Source: an uncultured Candidatus Rokubacteria bacterium (lineage in GTDB: Bacteria > Methylomirabilota > Methylomirabilia > Rokubacteriales > CSP1-6). Taken from it: a DNA stretch of 64,000 bases. Under the pieces are notes generated by a model. That model had not been told where the DNA came from. It worked only from the letters and a program-made list of their open reading frames with translations, and searched no databases. This document shows positions 34,279 to 53,383 of this stretch, in pieces. Numbering within the stretch: position 1 is the stretch's first letter; each line of letters opens with the position of its first letter. A program made the translations under genes and the position numbers. The DNA is taken from NCBI GenBank assembly GCA_963747235.1, contig CAVVEU010000024.1:94349-158348 (forward strand), given 5' to 3'.

Positions 34279-35475
34279 ATGGCCAAGCAGAAGTTTGACC
34301 GGACGAAGCCGCACGTGAACATCGGGACGATTGGGCACATCGATCACGGGAAGACGACGTTGACGAGTGCGATCACGAAGGTGCTGCACACGAAGTTCAA
34401 CGCGGTGGCGGTGCGGGACTTTGGGACGATCGACAATGCGCCGGAGGAGCGGGAGCGGGGGATCACGATCGCGGTGTCGCACGTGGAGTACGAGACGGCG
34501 AACCGGCACTACGCGCACATCGATTGCCCGGGGCACGCGGACTACATCAAGAACATGATCACGGGGGCGGCGCAGATGGACGGGGCGATTCTGGTGGTCG
34601 CCGCGAACGATGGGCCGATGCCGCAGACGCGGGAGCACGTGCTGCTGGCGCGGCAGGTGAACGTGCCGCACCTGGTGGTGTTCATGAACAAGGTCGACAT
34701 GGTGGACGACCCGGAGATTCTGGACCTGGTGGAGCTGGAGGTACGGGAGCTGCTGAAGAAGTATCAGTTCCCGGGGGACGACATTCCGGTGATTCGGGGG
34801 TCGGCGCTGCAGGCGATGGAGAAGCCGGAGGACGCGAAGGCGGCGGAGAGCATTTGGAAGCTGATGGAGGCGGTGGACAGCTACATTCCGACGCCGCCGC
34901 GGCCGGTGGACAAGCCGTTCCTGATGCCGATCGAGGACATTTTCACGATCACGGGGCGGGGGACGGTGGTGACGGGGCGGGTGGAGCGGGGGATCGTGAA
35001 GGTGGGGGAAGAGATCGAGATCGTGGGGATGCAGGCGGAGACGAAGAAGTCGGTGGTGACGGGGGTGGAGATGTTCCGGAAGCTGTTGGATGAGGGGCGG
35101 GCCGGCGACAACATCGGCGCGCTGCTCCGGGGGATCGATAAGGACGAAGTGGAACGGGGGCAAGTGCTGGCGAAGCCGGGGTCGATCAAGCCGCACAAGA
35201 AGTTCAAGGCGGAGGTGTACGTGCTGGGCAAGGACGAGGGGGGGCGGCACACGCCGTTCTTCAACGGGTACCGGCCGCAGTTCTACTTCCGGACGACGGA
35301 CGTGACGGGGGTGTGCACGCTGCCGCAGGGGGTGGAGATGGTGATGCCGGGGGACAACGTGACGATGGCGATCGAGTTGATCCAGCCGATCGGGATGGAG
35401 AAGGAGCTGCGGTTCGCGATCCGGGAGGGTGGGCGGACGGTGGGCGCGGGCGTGGTCGCGGAGATCGTGGACTAG
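34279..35475 (+). CDS. tuf: Elongation factor Tu, copy 1
   Basis: [49 protein letters not shown]. Confidence 0.98.
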   Translation: MAKQKFDRTKPHVNIGTIGHIDHGKTTLTSAITKVLHTKFNAVAVRDFGTIDNAPEERERGITIAVSHVEYETANRHYAHIDCPGHADYIKNMITGAAQMDGAILVVAANDGPMPQTREHVLLARQVNVPHLVVFMNKVDMVDDPEILDLVELEVRELLKKYQFPGDDIPVIRGSALQAMEKPEDAKAAESIWKLMEAVDSYIPTPPRPVDKPFLMPIEDIFTITGRGTVVTGRVERGIVKVGEEIEIVGMQAETKKSVVTGVEMFRKLLDEGRAGDNIGALLRGIDKDEVERGQVLAKPGSIKPHKKFKAEVYVLGKDEGGRHTPFFNGYRPQFYFRTTDVTGVCTLPQGVEMVMPGDNVTMAIELIQPIGMEKELRFAIREGGRTVGAGVVAEIVD

Positions 35476-35478
35476 GCC

Positions 35479-35628
35479 ATGCGCGACATCATCTCCCTCG
35501 CGTGCACGAACTGCCAGCGGCGCAACTATTCGACGACCAAGAACCGGCGGACGCATCCCGACCGGATGGAAATCAAGAAGTTTTGCAAGTGGTGCCGGAA
35601 ACACTTCGTGCACAAGGAATCGAAGTAG
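35479..35628 (+). CDS. rpmG: 50S ribosomal protein L33 (Zn type)
   Basis: MRDIISLACTNCQRRNYSTTKNRR...KKFCKWCRKH; too short for the ORF track. Confidence 0.93.
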   Translation: MRDIISLACTNCQRRNYSTTKNRRTHPDRMEIKKFCKWCRKHFVHKESK

Positions 35629-35640
35629 CGGACGGTTCGG

Positions 35641-35717
35641 AGGCGTGTAGCTCTAACGGCTAGAGCACCGGACTCCAAATCCGGGGGATGGGGGTTCGAA
35701 TCCCTCCACGCCTGCCA
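35641..35717 (+). tRNA. tRNA-Trp(CCA)
   Basis: AGGCGTG/CACGCCT acceptor stem; CCGGA-CT-CCA-AA-TCCGG; canonical position before secE. Confidence 0.96.
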
Positions 35718-35736
35718 GACTGCGAGATCGTGAGCG

Positions 35737-35928
35737 ATGGATTTCTTGAATCGGGTGAAGGAGTTTTTCCAGGAAGTGGCGGCGGAATTCCGGCGAGTGA
35801 ATTGGCCCAGCCGTAACGACGTGGCGGCGTCCACGATGGTGGTGCTGGTCGTGGTGTTCGTCCTCGCGATGTATCTGGGCGCGGTCGACGTGGGCCTGTC
35901 GCGCCTGGTGGAGGTCATTCTGAAATGA
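35737..35928 (+). CDS. secE: Preprotein translocase SecE (single TM)
   Basis: [10 protein letters not shown] + TM helix. Confidence 0.93.
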   Translation: MDFLNRVKEFFQEVAAEFRRVNWPSRNDVAASTMVVLVVVFVLAMYLGAVDVGLSRLVEVILK

Positions 35929-36473
35929 GCGAGACGGGTACCACCGCGAAGCAGTGGTTCGTCGTCCACACCTACTCGGGGTTCGAGAACAAGGTGGCGT
36001 CCGGCATCGAGTCTCGCGCCAAGATCTTCGGGCTGCAGGACATGATCGGGCGCGTGATCGTGCCGACCGAGAAGGTGCGGGAGATCCGCAAGAGCAAGAA
36101 GATCGAGACCGAGCAGAAGTTCTTCCCGGGCTACCTCCTGGTGGAGATGGAGCTCACGGACGACACGTGGCATCTCGTCCGCTCCACTCCCAAGGTCACC
36201 GGGTTCGTGGGTTCGGGCAGCAAGCCGGTGGCGCTGCCCGCGGAAGAGGTCGAGGGCATCCTGCGGCAGATGGAGGAGGGCGCCGAGAAGCCCAAGCTGA
36301 AGTCCACCTTCCAGAAGGGGGACAAGGTGCGGGTGATCGAGGGGCCGTTCGTCAACTTCCAGGGCGCGATCGACGACTTGAATCCGGAGCGCGGCAAGCT
36401 CAAGGTCATGGTGGCCATCTTCGGGCGGCTGACGCCCGTCGAGCTCGAGTACTACCAGGTGGAGAGGCTCTAG
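35925..36473 (+). CDS. nusG: Transcription factor NusG
   Basis: [37 protein letters not shown]. Confidence 0.97.
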   Translation: MSETGTTAKQWFVVHTYSGFENKVASGIESRAKIFGLQDMIGRVIVPTEKVREIRKSKKIETEQKFFPGYLLVEMELTDDTWHLVRSTPKVTGFVGSGSKPVALPAEEVEGILRQMEEGAEKPKLKSTFQKGDKVRVIEGPFVNFQGAIDDLNPERGKLKVMVAIFGRLTPVELEYYQVERL

Positions 36474-36475
36474 GC

Positions 36476-36898
36476 ATGGCGAAGAAAGTCCAGGCGATGG
36501 TGAAGCTGCAGATCACGGCCGGGAAGGCCAATCCGTCGCCGCCGGTGGGCCCCGCCCTCGGCCAGCACGGCGTCAACATCATGGAGTTCTGCAAGGGCTT
36601 CAACGCCCAGACGAGCTCCCAGGAAGGCCTCATCCTGCCGGTGGTGGTCACGATCTATCAGGACCGCTCGTTCACCTTCGTGGTCAAGACGCCGCCGGCG
36701 CCGGTGCTGCTCAAGCGCGCGGCCGGCATCGCGAAGGCCTCCGCGGTCCCGCACAAGGACAAGATCGGCAAGGTGACGCGCGCCCAGGTGCGCGAGATCG
36801 CCCAGACCAAGCTGGTGGACCTGAACACGGACTCCATCGAGGCCGCGATGCGCACCATCGAAGGCACCGCCCGCAGCATGGGCATCGAGGTCGTGTAG
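36476..36898 (+). CDS. rplK: 50S ribosomal protein L11
   Basis: [28 protein letters not shown]. Confidence 0.97.
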   Translation: MAKKVQAMVKLQITAGKANPSPPVGPALGQHGVNIMEFCKGFNAQTSSQEGLILPVVVTIYQDRSFTFVVKTPPAPVLLKRAAGIAKASAVPHKDKIGKVTRAQVREIAQTKLVDLNTDSIEAAMRTIEGTARSMGIEVV

Positions 36899-36937
36899 GG
36901 CGAGGTGAAGCCGAACGGGGCCGAGCCGAGCGAATAC
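36899..36937 (+). repeat. Dispersed palindromic element, copy 4 (variant; rplK-rplA spacer)
   Basis: GGCGAGGTGAAGCCGAACGGGGCCGAGCCGAGCGAATAC, starting directly after the rplK stop codon. Confidence 0.72.
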
Positions 36938-37028
36938 CAGGGGAGAAGCTGGACTCCCGCAGATGAACAGCTTAACGAAGTAAACGGTGTGCGGATCCGA
37001 TAGACAGGACGGAGAACGGGAGCCCAAG

Positions 37029-37742
37029 ATGCCAGTGACGACGAAGAAGCTGAAGGCGGCCGAGACGATCTACGACCGCGAGAAGGACTACTCGGTCGAG
37101 GAGGCGTTCGGCATCCTCAAGAAGCTGCCCAACGCCAAGTTCGACGAGTCGGTGGACATGTCCCTGCGGCTCGGGGTCGATCCCAAGCACGCCGACCAGA
37201 TGGTGCGGGGCGCCATCGTGCTGCCCCACGGCATCGGCAAGGCGGTGCGGGTGGCCGTCTTCGCCAAGGGCGAGAAGGAAAAGGAAGCCCGCGACGCGGG
37301 GGCCGACGTGGTCGGCGCCGAGGACCTGGTCGAGAAGATCCAGGGCGGCTTCATGGACTTCGACTCGACGATCGCCACTCCCGATCTCATGGGCCAGGTC
37401 GGCCGGCTCGGCAAGGTGCTGGGGCCGCGCGGCCTCATGCCCAACCCGAAGCTGGGCACCGTCACCTTCGACGTGGCGAAGGCGGTGCGCGAGGTGAAGG
37501 CGGGCAAGGTCGAGTTCCGCGTGGACAAGGCGGGTAACGTGCACGTGCCGGTGGGCAAGAAGTCGTTCGCGGAGCCGCACCTGCTCGCGAACGCCCTGGC
37601 GCTCCTCGAGGCCATCGTGCGGGCCAAGCCCGCCGCGGCCAAGGGACAGTACCTGCGCTCGGTGACGCTGTCGTCCACCATGGGGCCGGGGATCCACCTC
37701 GACCCGCAGCGCGTGGCGAACCTGTTCAAGAAGGCGCTATAG
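37029..37742 (+). CDS. rplA: 50S ribosomal protein L1
   Basis: [43 protein letters not shown]. Confidence 0.97.
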   Translation: MPVTTKKLKAAETIYDREKDYSVEEAFGILKKLPNAKFDESVDMSLRLGVDPKHADQMVRGAIVLPHGIGKAVRVAVFAKGEKEKEARDAGADVVGAEDLVEKIQGGFMDFDSTIATPDLMGQVGRLGKVLGPRGLMPNPKLGTVTFDVAKAVREVKAGKVEFRVDKAGNVHVPVGKKSFAEPHLLANALALLEAIVRAKPAAAKGQYLRSVTLSSTMGPGIHLDPQRVANLFKKAL

Positions 37743-37753
37743 GGAGCCGCGAA

Positions 37754-38272
37754 GTGCCCACTCAAGAGAAGGCGCAAAGCGTCGCGGCCCTGCGGGAGCG
37801 GCTGGGGACCGCCAAGACGGCGGTGCTCACCGAGTACCGCGGCCTCACCGTCCGCCAGCTCGCCGACCTGCGCAAGCAGCTCAAGGCGGCGTCGGCCGAG
37901 TACAAGGTGGTGAAGAACCGGCTGGCGCGGCTGGCCGTGAAGGATCTGGACCTCGGGGCGCTGGGCAGCCACTTCACGGGCCCCACCGGGCTCGTGTTCA
38001 CCACGAAGGATCCGGTGCCGGTGGCGAAGGCGCTCCAGAACTTCGTGCGGGCGAACCCGCTGCTCACCATCAAGGTGGGCTTCGTCGAGGGCAAGCTGGT
38101 CCAGCCCGCGGAGTTGAAGGCGCTGGCCGACCTGCCGTCGAAGGAAGCGCTGCGGAGCCAGCTGGTGGGGGCTCTGCAGGGGCCGGCTTCGCAATTGGTG
38201 TCGCTGCTGACCGCTCCCCAGCGGGAGCTGGTCCGGGTTTTCGAGGCGCGGAGCCAGAGCGCCGCTCAGTAG
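37754..38272 (+). CDS. rplJ: 50S ribosomal protein L10
   Basis: [27 protein letters not shown]. Confidence 0.95.
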   Translation: MPTQEKAQSVAALRERLGTAKTAVLTEYRGLTVRQLADLRKQLKAASAEYKVVKNRLARLAVKDLDLGALGSHFTGPTGLVFTTKDPVPVAKALQNFVRANPLLTIKVGFVEGKLVQPAELKALADLPSKEALRSQLVGALQGPASQLVSLLTAPQRELVRVFEARSQSAAQ

Positions 38273-38324
38273 GCCGACCGGGTCGTAGTCAACCACGACG
38301 TAGCATTCACAGGAGGCAGGCGAG

Positions 38325-38705
38325 ATGGCGGCGAATATCGACGAGATCGCGGAGAAGCTGGACACGCTGACGCTACTGGAGGCGGCCCAGCTTTCGAAGC
38401 TGCTGCAGGAGAAGTGGGGCGTGTCGGCGGCGGCGGCGGTGGCGGTGGCCGCTCCGGCGGCGGGCGGCGGGGCGGCGGCGGCGGCCGAGGAGAAGACCGA
38501 GTTCGACTTGATCCTCAACGCGGCCGGCGAGAAGAAGATCCAGGTCATCAAGGTCGTGCGCGAGCTGACCGGTCTCGGGCTGAAGGAGGCCAAGGACCTG
38601 GTGGACGGGGCGCCCAAGGCGGTGAAGGAGAAGGTGAGCAAGGCCGAAGCGGGTGACATGAAGAAGAAGCTCGAGGAGGTCGGCGCGACGGTGGAAGTCA
38701 AATAA
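38325..38705 (+). CDS. rplL: 50S ribosomal protein L7/L12
   Basis: [30 protein letters not shown]. Confidence 0.97.
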   Translation: MAANIDEIAEKLDTLTLLEAAQLSKLLQEKWGVSAAAAVAVAAPAAGGGAAAAAEEKTEFDLILNAAGEKKIQVIKVVRELTGLGLKEAKDLVDGAPKAVKEKVSKAEAGDMKKKLEEVGATVEVK

Positions 38706-38856
38706 CCTCCGCGGCGGAGTGACTCAGACCGGGGAATCGGTGTCGGTTCCCCGTTGACACCAACGTGTCGCCGCTGGGCGCGGCTCCGGACTCCCCGGAG
38801 TGCGTGACGGCGGCGGGTCGAACCCAGCCCCGCGGTAAACGGGGCGCGGAGGGTGT

Positions 38857-42864
<4,008 letters not shown>

Positions 42865-42877
42865 GGAGATTCATAGA

Positions 42878-47080
<4,203 letters not shown>

Positions 47081-47083
47081 AGA

Positions 47084-47097
47084 CCGTTCCGGAACGG
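47084..47097. repeat. Perfect 14-bp palindrome after rpoC
   Basis: CCGTTCCGGAACGG, directly upstream of the rpsL -35 box. Confidence 0.6.
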
Positions 47098-47101
47098 ACA
47101 A

Positions 47102-47132
47102 TTGACAAACGTGCACCTGTCAGATATAAAGT
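47102..47132 (+). promoter_or_regulatory. Sigma70-type promoter of the str operon
   Basis: TTGACA, 17 bp, TATAAA(GT). Confidence 0.65.
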
Positions 47133-47178
47133 TAGGGTTTTGGCCCTATTGAGGCCATGAGAAAGCCGACGACTAACT

Positions 47179-47562
47179 ATGCCAACGATTAGCCAGCTGG
47201 TGCGGCAGGGCCGCGAGGCGGTGCGCAAGAAGTCCAAGACGCCCGCCATGGAGTCCTGTCCCCAGAAGCGCGGGGTGTGCATTCGCGTGTACACCACGAC
47301 GCCGAAGAAGCCGAACTCGGCCCTCCGGAAGGTCGCGCGCGTGCGCCTGACCAACGGCCTCGAGGTGACGTCCTACATCCCCGGGGTCGGCCACAATCTG
47401 CAGGAGCACTCGATCGTGCTCATCCGTGGGGGTCGTGTGAAGGACCTCCCGGGTATCCGGTACCACATCATCCGGGGGTCGCTGGACACCGCGGGGGTGG
47501 CCGGACGCCGTCAGAGCCGCTCCAAGTACGGCGCCAAGCAGCCGAAGGCCGCCGGAGCCTAG
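47179..47562 (+). CDS. rpsL: 30S ribosomal protein S12
   Basis: [28 protein letters not shown]. Confidence 0.98.
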   Translation: MPTISQLVRQGREAVRKKSKTPAMESCPQKRGVCIRVYTTTPKKPNSALRKVARVRLTNGLEVTSYIPGVGHNLQEHSIVLIRGGRVKDLPGIRYHIIRGSLDTAGVAGRRQSRSKYGAKQPKAAGA

Positions 47563-47563
47563 G

Positions 47564-48031
47564 ATGCGGCGGGCGGGGGCGGCACGGCGTGAGATTCTTC
47601 CGGACCCGAAGCACGGGAGCCGGCTGGTGGCGAAGTTCGTGAACATGATGATGTACGGGGGCAAGAAGAGCACGGCGGAGCGGATCATGTACGACGCCCT
47701 CCAGGCGATGGAGGAGCGCGCCCGCCAGGACTCGCTGAAGCTCTTCAAGAGCGCGGTGGACAACTGCAAGCCGGCCGTCGAGGTGAAGTCGCGGCGGGTC
47801 GGCGGCTCCACCTACCAGGTCCCGGTCGAGGTCCGGCCGGACCGGCGCACCGCGCTCAGCATGCGCTGGCTCATCGGCGCCGCGCGGCGCCGGGCGGAGC
47901 GCAGCATGGCCGACAAGCTGGCCGCCGAGCTGCTGGACGCCGCCAACAACCGCGGCACCGCCGTGAAGAAGCGAGAAGATACTCACAAGATGGCGGAGGC
48001 CAACAAGGCGTTCGCGCATTACCGCTGGTAG
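47564..48031 (+). CDS. rpsG: 30S ribosomal protein S7
   Basis: [26 protein letters not shown]. Confidence 0.98.
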   Translation: MRRAGAARREILPDPKHGSRLVAKFVNMMMYGGKKSTAERIMYDALQAMEERARQDSLKLFKSAVDNCKPAVEVKSRRVGGSTYQVPVEVRPDRRTALSMRWLIGAARRRAERSMADKLAAELLDAANNRGTAVKKREDTHKMAEANKAFAHYRW

Positions 48032-48044
48032 CGACGAGATGCAC

Positions 48045-48079
48045 AGAGGGGGGCGGTGACCTCGCCCCCCTCTTCTCTT
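48045..48079 (+). terminator. 11-bp hairpin with pyrimidine tail between rpsG and fusA (partial terminator/attenuator)
   Basis: AGAGGGGGGCG-gtgacct-CGCCCCCCTCT-tctctt. Confidence 0.55.
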
Positions 48080-48117
48080 GAGTCCCGCCGCCGGCCCTAC
48101 TAGGGAGAAGACAAGCA

Positions 48118-50235
48118 GTGGAAGCGCAGTACCCTCTGGAAAAGACCCGGAACATCGGCATCATGGCGCACATCGATGCCGGGAAGACCACGACCACCGA
48201 GCGGGTCCTCTATTACACCGGCCGATCCTACAAGATCGGCGAGGTGCACGAGGGGACTGCCACGATGGACTGGATGGTCCAGGAGCAGGAGCGCGGCATC
48301 ACCATCACGTCCGCGGCCACCACCTGTTTCTGGAAGGACTGTCGGATCAACATCATCGACACGCCGGGCCACGTGGACTTCACGATGGAGGTGGAGCGGT
48401 CTCTTCGGGTACTCGATGGGGCGCTCGCCATCCTGGACGCGGTGTCCGGCGTCGAGCCCCAGACCGAGACGGTCTGGCGGCAGGCCGATAAGTACAAGGT
48501 GCCGCGCATCGTGTACGTCAACAAGATGGACCGCATCGGGGCCGACTACTACCGGTGCCTCGCCATGCTGAAGGACCGGCTGGGCGCGCACGCGGTTCCG
48601 ATCCAGGTGCCCATCGGCCGCGAGGACGGCTTCCTCGGCCTGGTGGACCTGATCGACCAGATCGCCTACGTGTGGGAAGACACCGAGAACCTGGGCGGGA
48701 CGTTCAACACGGTGGAAGTCCCGGCCGACATGCGCGACCTGGTGAAGGAATACCGGGAGAAGATGATCGAGGGGCTCGCCGAGGTGGACGACCACCTCAT
48801 GGAGAAGTACCTCGGGGGCGAGACCGAGAAGATCACCCCGGCCGAGATCAAGGCCGCGGTCCGGGCCGGCACCATCACCATGAAGCTCTTCCCGGTGATC
48901 TGCGGCGCCTCGTTCAAGAACAAGGGCGTCCAGGCCATGCTGGACTCGGTGGTGGACTACCTGCCCTCGCCCATGGACATCCCGCCGGTGACCGGCGTGA
49001 ATCCCGACAACGGCCAGCCCGAGAGTCGGGACGCGGACCCCAAGGCCCCGTTCTCCGCGCTGGCCTTCAAGATCATGAACGACCAGCACGTGGGCCAGCT
49101 CACCTTCGTGCGCGTGTACTCCGGCACCCTCAACCAGGGCACCGGCGTCTACAACTCCACGCGCGAGAAGAAGGAGCGGATCGGCCGCCTGCTGCGCATG
49201 CACGCCAACAAGCGCGAGGACATCGACTCGATCTCGGCGGGCGATATCGCGGCGGTGGTGGGACTCAAGGACACGCGCACCGGCGACACCCTGTGCGATC
49301 CGGGCAAGCCGGTGGTGCTGGAGGCGATGGACTTCCCGACGCCGGTCATCGCGGTGGCGATCGAGCCCAAGACCAAGGTGGACGAGGAGAAGCTCGGGCA
49401 GTCGCTGGCCCGTCTCGCGATGGAAGACCCGACCTTCAAGGTCAACGTGGATCCGGAGACCAACCAGACCCTCATCCACGGCATGGGCGAGCTGCACCTC
49501 GAGATCATCGTCGACCGCCTCCTGCGCGAGTTCAAGGTCGAGGCCAATGTCGGCAAGCCCCAGGTCGCGTACCGGGAGACGATCAGACAGAAGGCGGAGG
49601 CGCAAGGACGCTTCGTGCGCCAGACCGGCGGCCGCGGCCAGTACGGCGACGTGTGGCTCGAGGTGGAGCCGGGCGAGCCGGGCTCGGGCGTGGTGTTCGA
49701 GAACGAGCTGAAGGGTCCCGCCATTCCCCGTGAGTACGTGCCGGCGGTGGAGAAGGGCGTCAAGGAGGCGGCGGAGACCGGCGTGCTGGCCGGGTACCCG
49801 GTGGTGGACATCCGGGTGGCCCTGACCGACGGCAGCTATCACGAGGTGGACTCGAACGAGATGGCCTTCAAGATCGCCGCCTCCATGGGGTTCAAGGAGG
49901 GCTGCCGCAAGGCCAAGCCCGTCCTGCTGGAGCCGGTGATGGACGTCGAAGTGGTCACGCCCTCGGAATTCCAGGGGGCGGTCGTGGGCGACCTCAACAG
50001 CCGCCGCGGCAAGATCCTCTCGATGGAGGCGCGCGCCAACGCCCAGGTGATCCGCGCCAACGTGCCGCTCGGCCAGATGTTCGGGTATGCGACCGACGTG
50101 CGCTCGATGACCCAGGGACGGGCCACCTATACGATGCAGTTTGCCCGCTACGAGGAAGTGCCCCGCAACCTTGCCGAAGAGATCATGGCGAAGAGCCGCG
50201 GCGAGGGGGGTTCCGCCCGCGGCGGTTCCCGCTAG
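48118..50235 (+). CDS. fusA: Elongation factor G
   Basis: [41 protein letters not shown]. Confidence 0.98.
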   Translation: MEAQYPLEKTRNIGIMAHIDAGKTTTTERVLYYTGRSYKIGEVHEGTATMDWMVQEQERGITITSAATTCFWKDCRINIIDTPGHVDFTMEVERSLRVLDGALAILDAVSGVEPQTETVWRQADKYKVPRIVYVNKMDRIGADYYRCLAMLKDRLGAHAVPIQVPIGREDGFLGLVDLIDQIAYVWEDTENLGGTFNTVEVPADMRDLVKEYREKMIEGLAEVDDHLMEKYLGGETEKITPAEIKAAVRAGTITMKLFPVICGASFKNKGVQAMLDSVVDYLPSPMDIPPVTGVNPDNGQPESRDADPKAPFSALAFKIMNDQHVGQLTFVRVYSGTLNQGTGVYNSTREKKERIGRLLRMHANKREDIDSISAGDIAAVVGLKDTRTGDTLCDPGKPVVLEAMDFPTPVIAVAIEPKTKVDEEKLGQSLARLAMEDPTFKVNVDPETNQTLIHGMGELHLEIIVDRLLREFKVEANVGKPQVAYRETIRQKAEAQGRFVRQTGGRGQYGDVWLEVEPGEPGSGVVFENELKGPAIPREYVPAVEKGVKEAAETGVLAGYPVVDIRVALTDGSYHEVDSNEMAFKIAASMGFKEGCRKAKPVLLEPVMDVEVVTPSEFQGAVVGDLNSRRGKILSMEARANAQVIRANVPLGQMFGYATDVRSMTQGRATYTMQFARYEEVPRNLAEEIMAKSRGEGGSARGGSR

Positions 50236-50256
50236 CCCGCTACAGGAGAGAGAATC

Positions 50257-51453
50257 ATGGCCAAGCAGAAGTTTGACCGGACGAAGCCGCACGTGAACAT
50301 CGGGACGATTGGGCACATCGATCACGGGAAGACGACGTTGACGAGTGCGATCACGAAGGTGCTGCACACGAAGTTCAACGCGGTGGCGGTGCGGGACTTT
50401 GGGACGATCGACAATGCGCCGGAGGAGCGGGAGCGGGGGATCACGATCGCGGTGTCGCACGTGGAGTACGAGACGGCGAACCGGCACTACGCGCACATCG
50501 ATTGCCCGGGGCACGCGGACTACATCAAGAACATGATCACGGGGGCGGCGCAGATGGACGGGGCGATTCTGGTGGTCGCCGCGAACGATGGGCCGATGCC
50601 GCAGACGCGGGAGCACGTGCTGCTGGCGCGGCAGGTGAACGTGCCGCACCTGGTGGTGTTCATGAACAAGGTCGACATGGTGGACGACCCGGAGATTCTG
50701 GACCTGGTGGAGCTGGAGGTACGGGAGCTGCTGAAGAAGTATCAGTTCCCGGGGGACGACATTCCGGTGATTCGGGGGTCGGCGCTGCAGGCGATGGAGA
50801 AGCCGGAGGACGCGAAGGCGGCGGAGAGCATTTGGAAGCTGATGGAGGCGGTGGACAGCTACATTCCGACGCCGCCGCGGCCGGTGGACAAGCCGTTCCT
50901 GATGCCGATCGAGGACATTTTCACGATCACGGGGCGGGGGACGGTGGTGACGGGGCGGGTGGAGCGGGGGATCGTGAAGGTGGGGGAAGAGATCGAGATC
51001 GTGGGGATGCAGGCGGAGACGAAGAAGTCGGTGGTGACGGGGGTGGAGATGTTCCGGAAGCTGTTGGATGAGGGGCGGGCCGGCGACAACATCGGGGCGC
51101 TGCTCCGGGGGATCGATAAGGACGAAGTGGAACGGGGGCAAGTGCTGGCGAAGCCGGGGTCGATCAAGCCGCACAAGAAGTTCAAGGCGGAGGTGTACGT
51201 GCTGGGCAAGGACGAGGGGGGGCGGCACACGCCGTTCTTCAACGGGTACCGGCCGCAGTTCTACTTCCGGACGACGGACGTGACGGGGGTGTGCACGCTG
51301 CCGCAGGGGGTGGAGATGGTGATGCCGGGGGACAACGTGACGATGGCGATCGAGTTGATCCAGCCGATCGGGATGGAGAAGGAGCTACGGTTCGCGATCC
51401 GGGAGGGTGGGCGGACGGTGGGCGCGGGCGTGGTCGCGGAGATCGTGGACTAA
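50257..51453 (+). CDS. tuf: Elongation factor Tu, copy 2 (protein identical to copy 1)
   Basis: Same translation as 34279-35475. Confidence 0.98.
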   Translation: MAKQKFDRTKPHVNIGTIGHIDHGKTTLTSAITKVLHTKFNAVAVRDFGTIDNAPEERERGITIAVSHVEYETANRHYAHIDCPGHADYIKNMITGAAQMDGAILVVAANDGPMPQTREHVLLARQVNVPHLVVFMNKVDMVDDPEILDLVELEVRELLKKYQFPGDDIPVIRGSALQAMEKPEDAKAAESIWKLMEAVDSYIPTPPRPVDKPFLMPIEDIFTITGRGTVVTGRVERGIVKVGEEIEIVGMQAETKKSVVTGVEMFRKLLDEGRAGDNIGALLRGIDKDEVERGQVLAKPGSIKPHKKFKAEVYVLGKDEGGRHTPFFNGYRPQFYFRTTDVTGVCTLPQGVEMVMPGDNVTMAIELIQPIGMEKELRFAIREGGRTVGAGVVAEIVD

Positions 51454-51459
51454 CACGCC

Positions 51460-51780
51460 ATGGCTACCGTAAGCGCCGACCAGAAGATCCGGATCCGCCT
51501 GAAGGCCTACGACCACAGTCTCCTGGACCGCTCGATGAAGGAGATCGTGGAGACGGTGCGCCGCACCGGTGCGCGCGTGACCGGGCCGGTGCTCCTGCCC
51601 ACCATCATCAACCGGTGGACGGTGCTGCGCTCGCCGCACGTGGACAAGACCTCGCGGGAGCAGTTCGAGATGCGGACGCACAAGCGACTGATCGACATCC
51701 TGGATCCGACGCCCCAGACGGTGGACGCGCTGATGAAGCTCGATCTCCCGAGTGGTGTGGACGTCGAGATCAAGCTCTAG
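51460..51780 (+). CDS. rpsJ: 30S ribosomal protein S10
   Basis: [23 protein letters not shown]. Confidence 0.97.
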   Translation: MATVSADQKIRIRLKAYDHSLLDRSMKEIVETVRRTGARVTGPVLLPTIINRWTVLRSPHVDKTSREQFEMRTHKRLIDILDPTPQTVDALMKLDLPSGVDVEIKL

Positions 51781-51782
51781 CC

Positions 51783-52463
51783 ATGGCGATGAAAGAGGGG
51801 CTGATCGGCCGCAAGAAGGGCATGACCCAGGTGTTCGGGGAGGACGGCAACCTCATCCCCGTGACCGTGGTCGAGGCGGGCCCCTGCACGGTGGTGGGCC
51901 TGCGCACCAAGCCGACCCACGGGTACGACGCGCTCCAGCTCGGCTTCGAGCTCCGCAAGAAGAACGTCACCAAGGCGATGGCCGGCCTCTACAAGAAGGC
52001 GGGCATGCCGGGGGCGATGCGGGTCCTCCAGGAGATCCGGCTGCAGAAGACCGAGGCGGTGAGCGCCTACCAGGTCGGCCAGACCCTCACCGTGGGCCTG
52101 TTCAGCCCGGGCGAGTTCGTGGACGTGGTGGGGGTGACCAAGGGCAAGGGCTTCGCGGGCGGCGTCAAGCGCTACGGCTGGTCCGGCGGCGACGCGTCCC
52201 ACGGCTCGATGTTCCATCGGCGGCCGGGCTCGATCGGCGCATCGTCGGATCCGTCGCGGGTGTGGCCGGGCCATCACCTGCCGGGCCGGATGGGCGGCGA
52301 TCGCCGCACCGTGCTCAACCTGGTGGTGGCGCGCGTGCTTCCCGAGCAGAACCTGATCCTGCTCCGCGGCGCGGTGCCGGGAGCGATCGGCGGGCTCGTG
52401 GTGATCCGCAAGAGCGTGAAGCAGACCAAGGCGCAGCAGCAGAAGGCGCGAGAGGCCAAGTAG
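51783..52463 (+). CDS. rplC: 50S ribosomal protein L3
   Basis: GRKKGMTQVF, GVTKGKGFAGGVKR, HRRPGSIG. Confidence 0.96.
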   Translation: MAMKEGLIGRKKGMTQVFGEDGNLIPVTVVEAGPCTVVGLRTKPTHGYDALQLGFELRKKNVTKAMAGLYKKAGMPGAMRVLQEIRLQKTEAVSAYQVGQTLTVGLFSPGEFVDVVGVTKGKGFAGGVKRYGWSGGDASHGSMFHRRPGSIGASSDPSRVWPGHHLPGRMGGDRRTVLNLVVARVLPEQNLILLRGAVPGAIGGLVVIRKSVKQTKAQQQKAREAK

Positions 52464-52465
52464 CC

Positions 52466-53092
52466 ATGCCCAGCGTTCCGGTCAGCGGCGGCACCGGCAA
52501 GGCCCAGACGCTCGAGCTGTCCGCCGACGTGTTCGGCGGCACCCCGCGCATCCCCCTGCTGCACCAGGCGGTGGTCAAGGAGCTGGCCGCGCGGCGCGCG
52601 GGCACGCACTCGACGCGCGGGCGCAGCGACGTCTCGGGCGGCGGGCGCAAGCCGTGGAAGCAGAAGGGCACCGGGCGGGCGCGCCAGGGATCGATCCGGG
52701 CCACCCAGTGGAAGGGTGGCGGCAAGCCGTTCGGGCCGCGGCCGCGCAAGTACGACAAGCGCCTGCCCACCGAGATGCGCCGGGCCGCGCTGCGCGAGGC
52801 GGTGACCGCCAAGCTGGAAGCCGGCGAGCTCGCGGTGGTGGAGGCGCTCGCGGTGACCGACGCGAAGACGAAGACGCTGGCGACCCGGCTGAAGGGGCTC
52901 GGCATCGCCGGGCAGCCCACCCTGCTGGTGGTCTCCGAGACGCCGGACGCGCTGAAGCGCGCCGCGCGCAACGTGGCGTGGCTCTCGCTGGAGACGCCCG
53001 GGCACGTGTCGGTCTACCAGCTCATCCGGAGCGAACGGGTGGTGTTCGAGAAGGCGGCGCTGCTCGCGCTGCAGGAGACGCTCAAGTCATGA
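52466..53092 (+). CDS. rplD: 50S ribosomal protein L4
   Basis: [29 protein letters not shown]. Confidence 0.96.
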   Translation: MPSVPVSGGTGKAQTLELSADVFGGTPRIPLLHQAVVKELAARRAGTHSTRGRSDVSGGGRKPWKQKGTGRARQGSIRATQWKGGGKPFGPRPRKYDKRLPTEMRRAALREAVTAKLEAGELAVVEALAVTDAKTKTLATRLKGLGIAGQPTLLVVSETPDALKRAARNVAWLSLETPGHVSVYQLIRSERVVFEKAALLALQETLKS

Positions 53093-53379
53093 GGGATCCG
53101 CGCTCGGTGCTCGTCCGCCCCCTGATGACGGAGAAGAGCATGCAGCAGAAGGAAGCCACGAACACGGTGACCTTCGAGGTGGCGGTGGACGCCAACAAGG
53201 TGGAGATCCGCCACGCGGTGGAGAAGGTCTTCAACGTGAAGGTCGCGGACGTGCGCACCCAGGCCCGCGAGGGCAAGTGGAAGCGCATGGGCAAGTTCGA
53301 GGGCCGGCGGCGGAGCTGGAAGAAGGCCATGGTCACGCTGGCCCCCGGTCACAAGATCGAGCTCGTGGAGGGCGCCTAG
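53089..53379 (+). CDS. rplW: 50S ribosomal protein L23
   Basis: [26 protein letters not shown]. Confidence 0.95.
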   Translation: MRDPRSVLVRPLMTEKSMQQKEATNTVTFEVAVDANKVEIRHAVEKVFNVKVADVRTQAREGKWKRMGKFEGRRRSWKKAMVTLAPGHKIELVEGA

Positions 53380-53383
53380 CACC

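Noticed and set aside
38754-38782. TTGACA upstream of rpoB as a promoter
   Set aside because: There is no -10 box at 16-18 bp, and the hexamer is part of a hairpin arm.
47538-47549. GCAGCCGAAGGC match to the element core in rpsL
   Set aside because: It encodes the conserved S12 C-terminus (K-Q-P-K-A) with no length insertion, so the match is coincidental.
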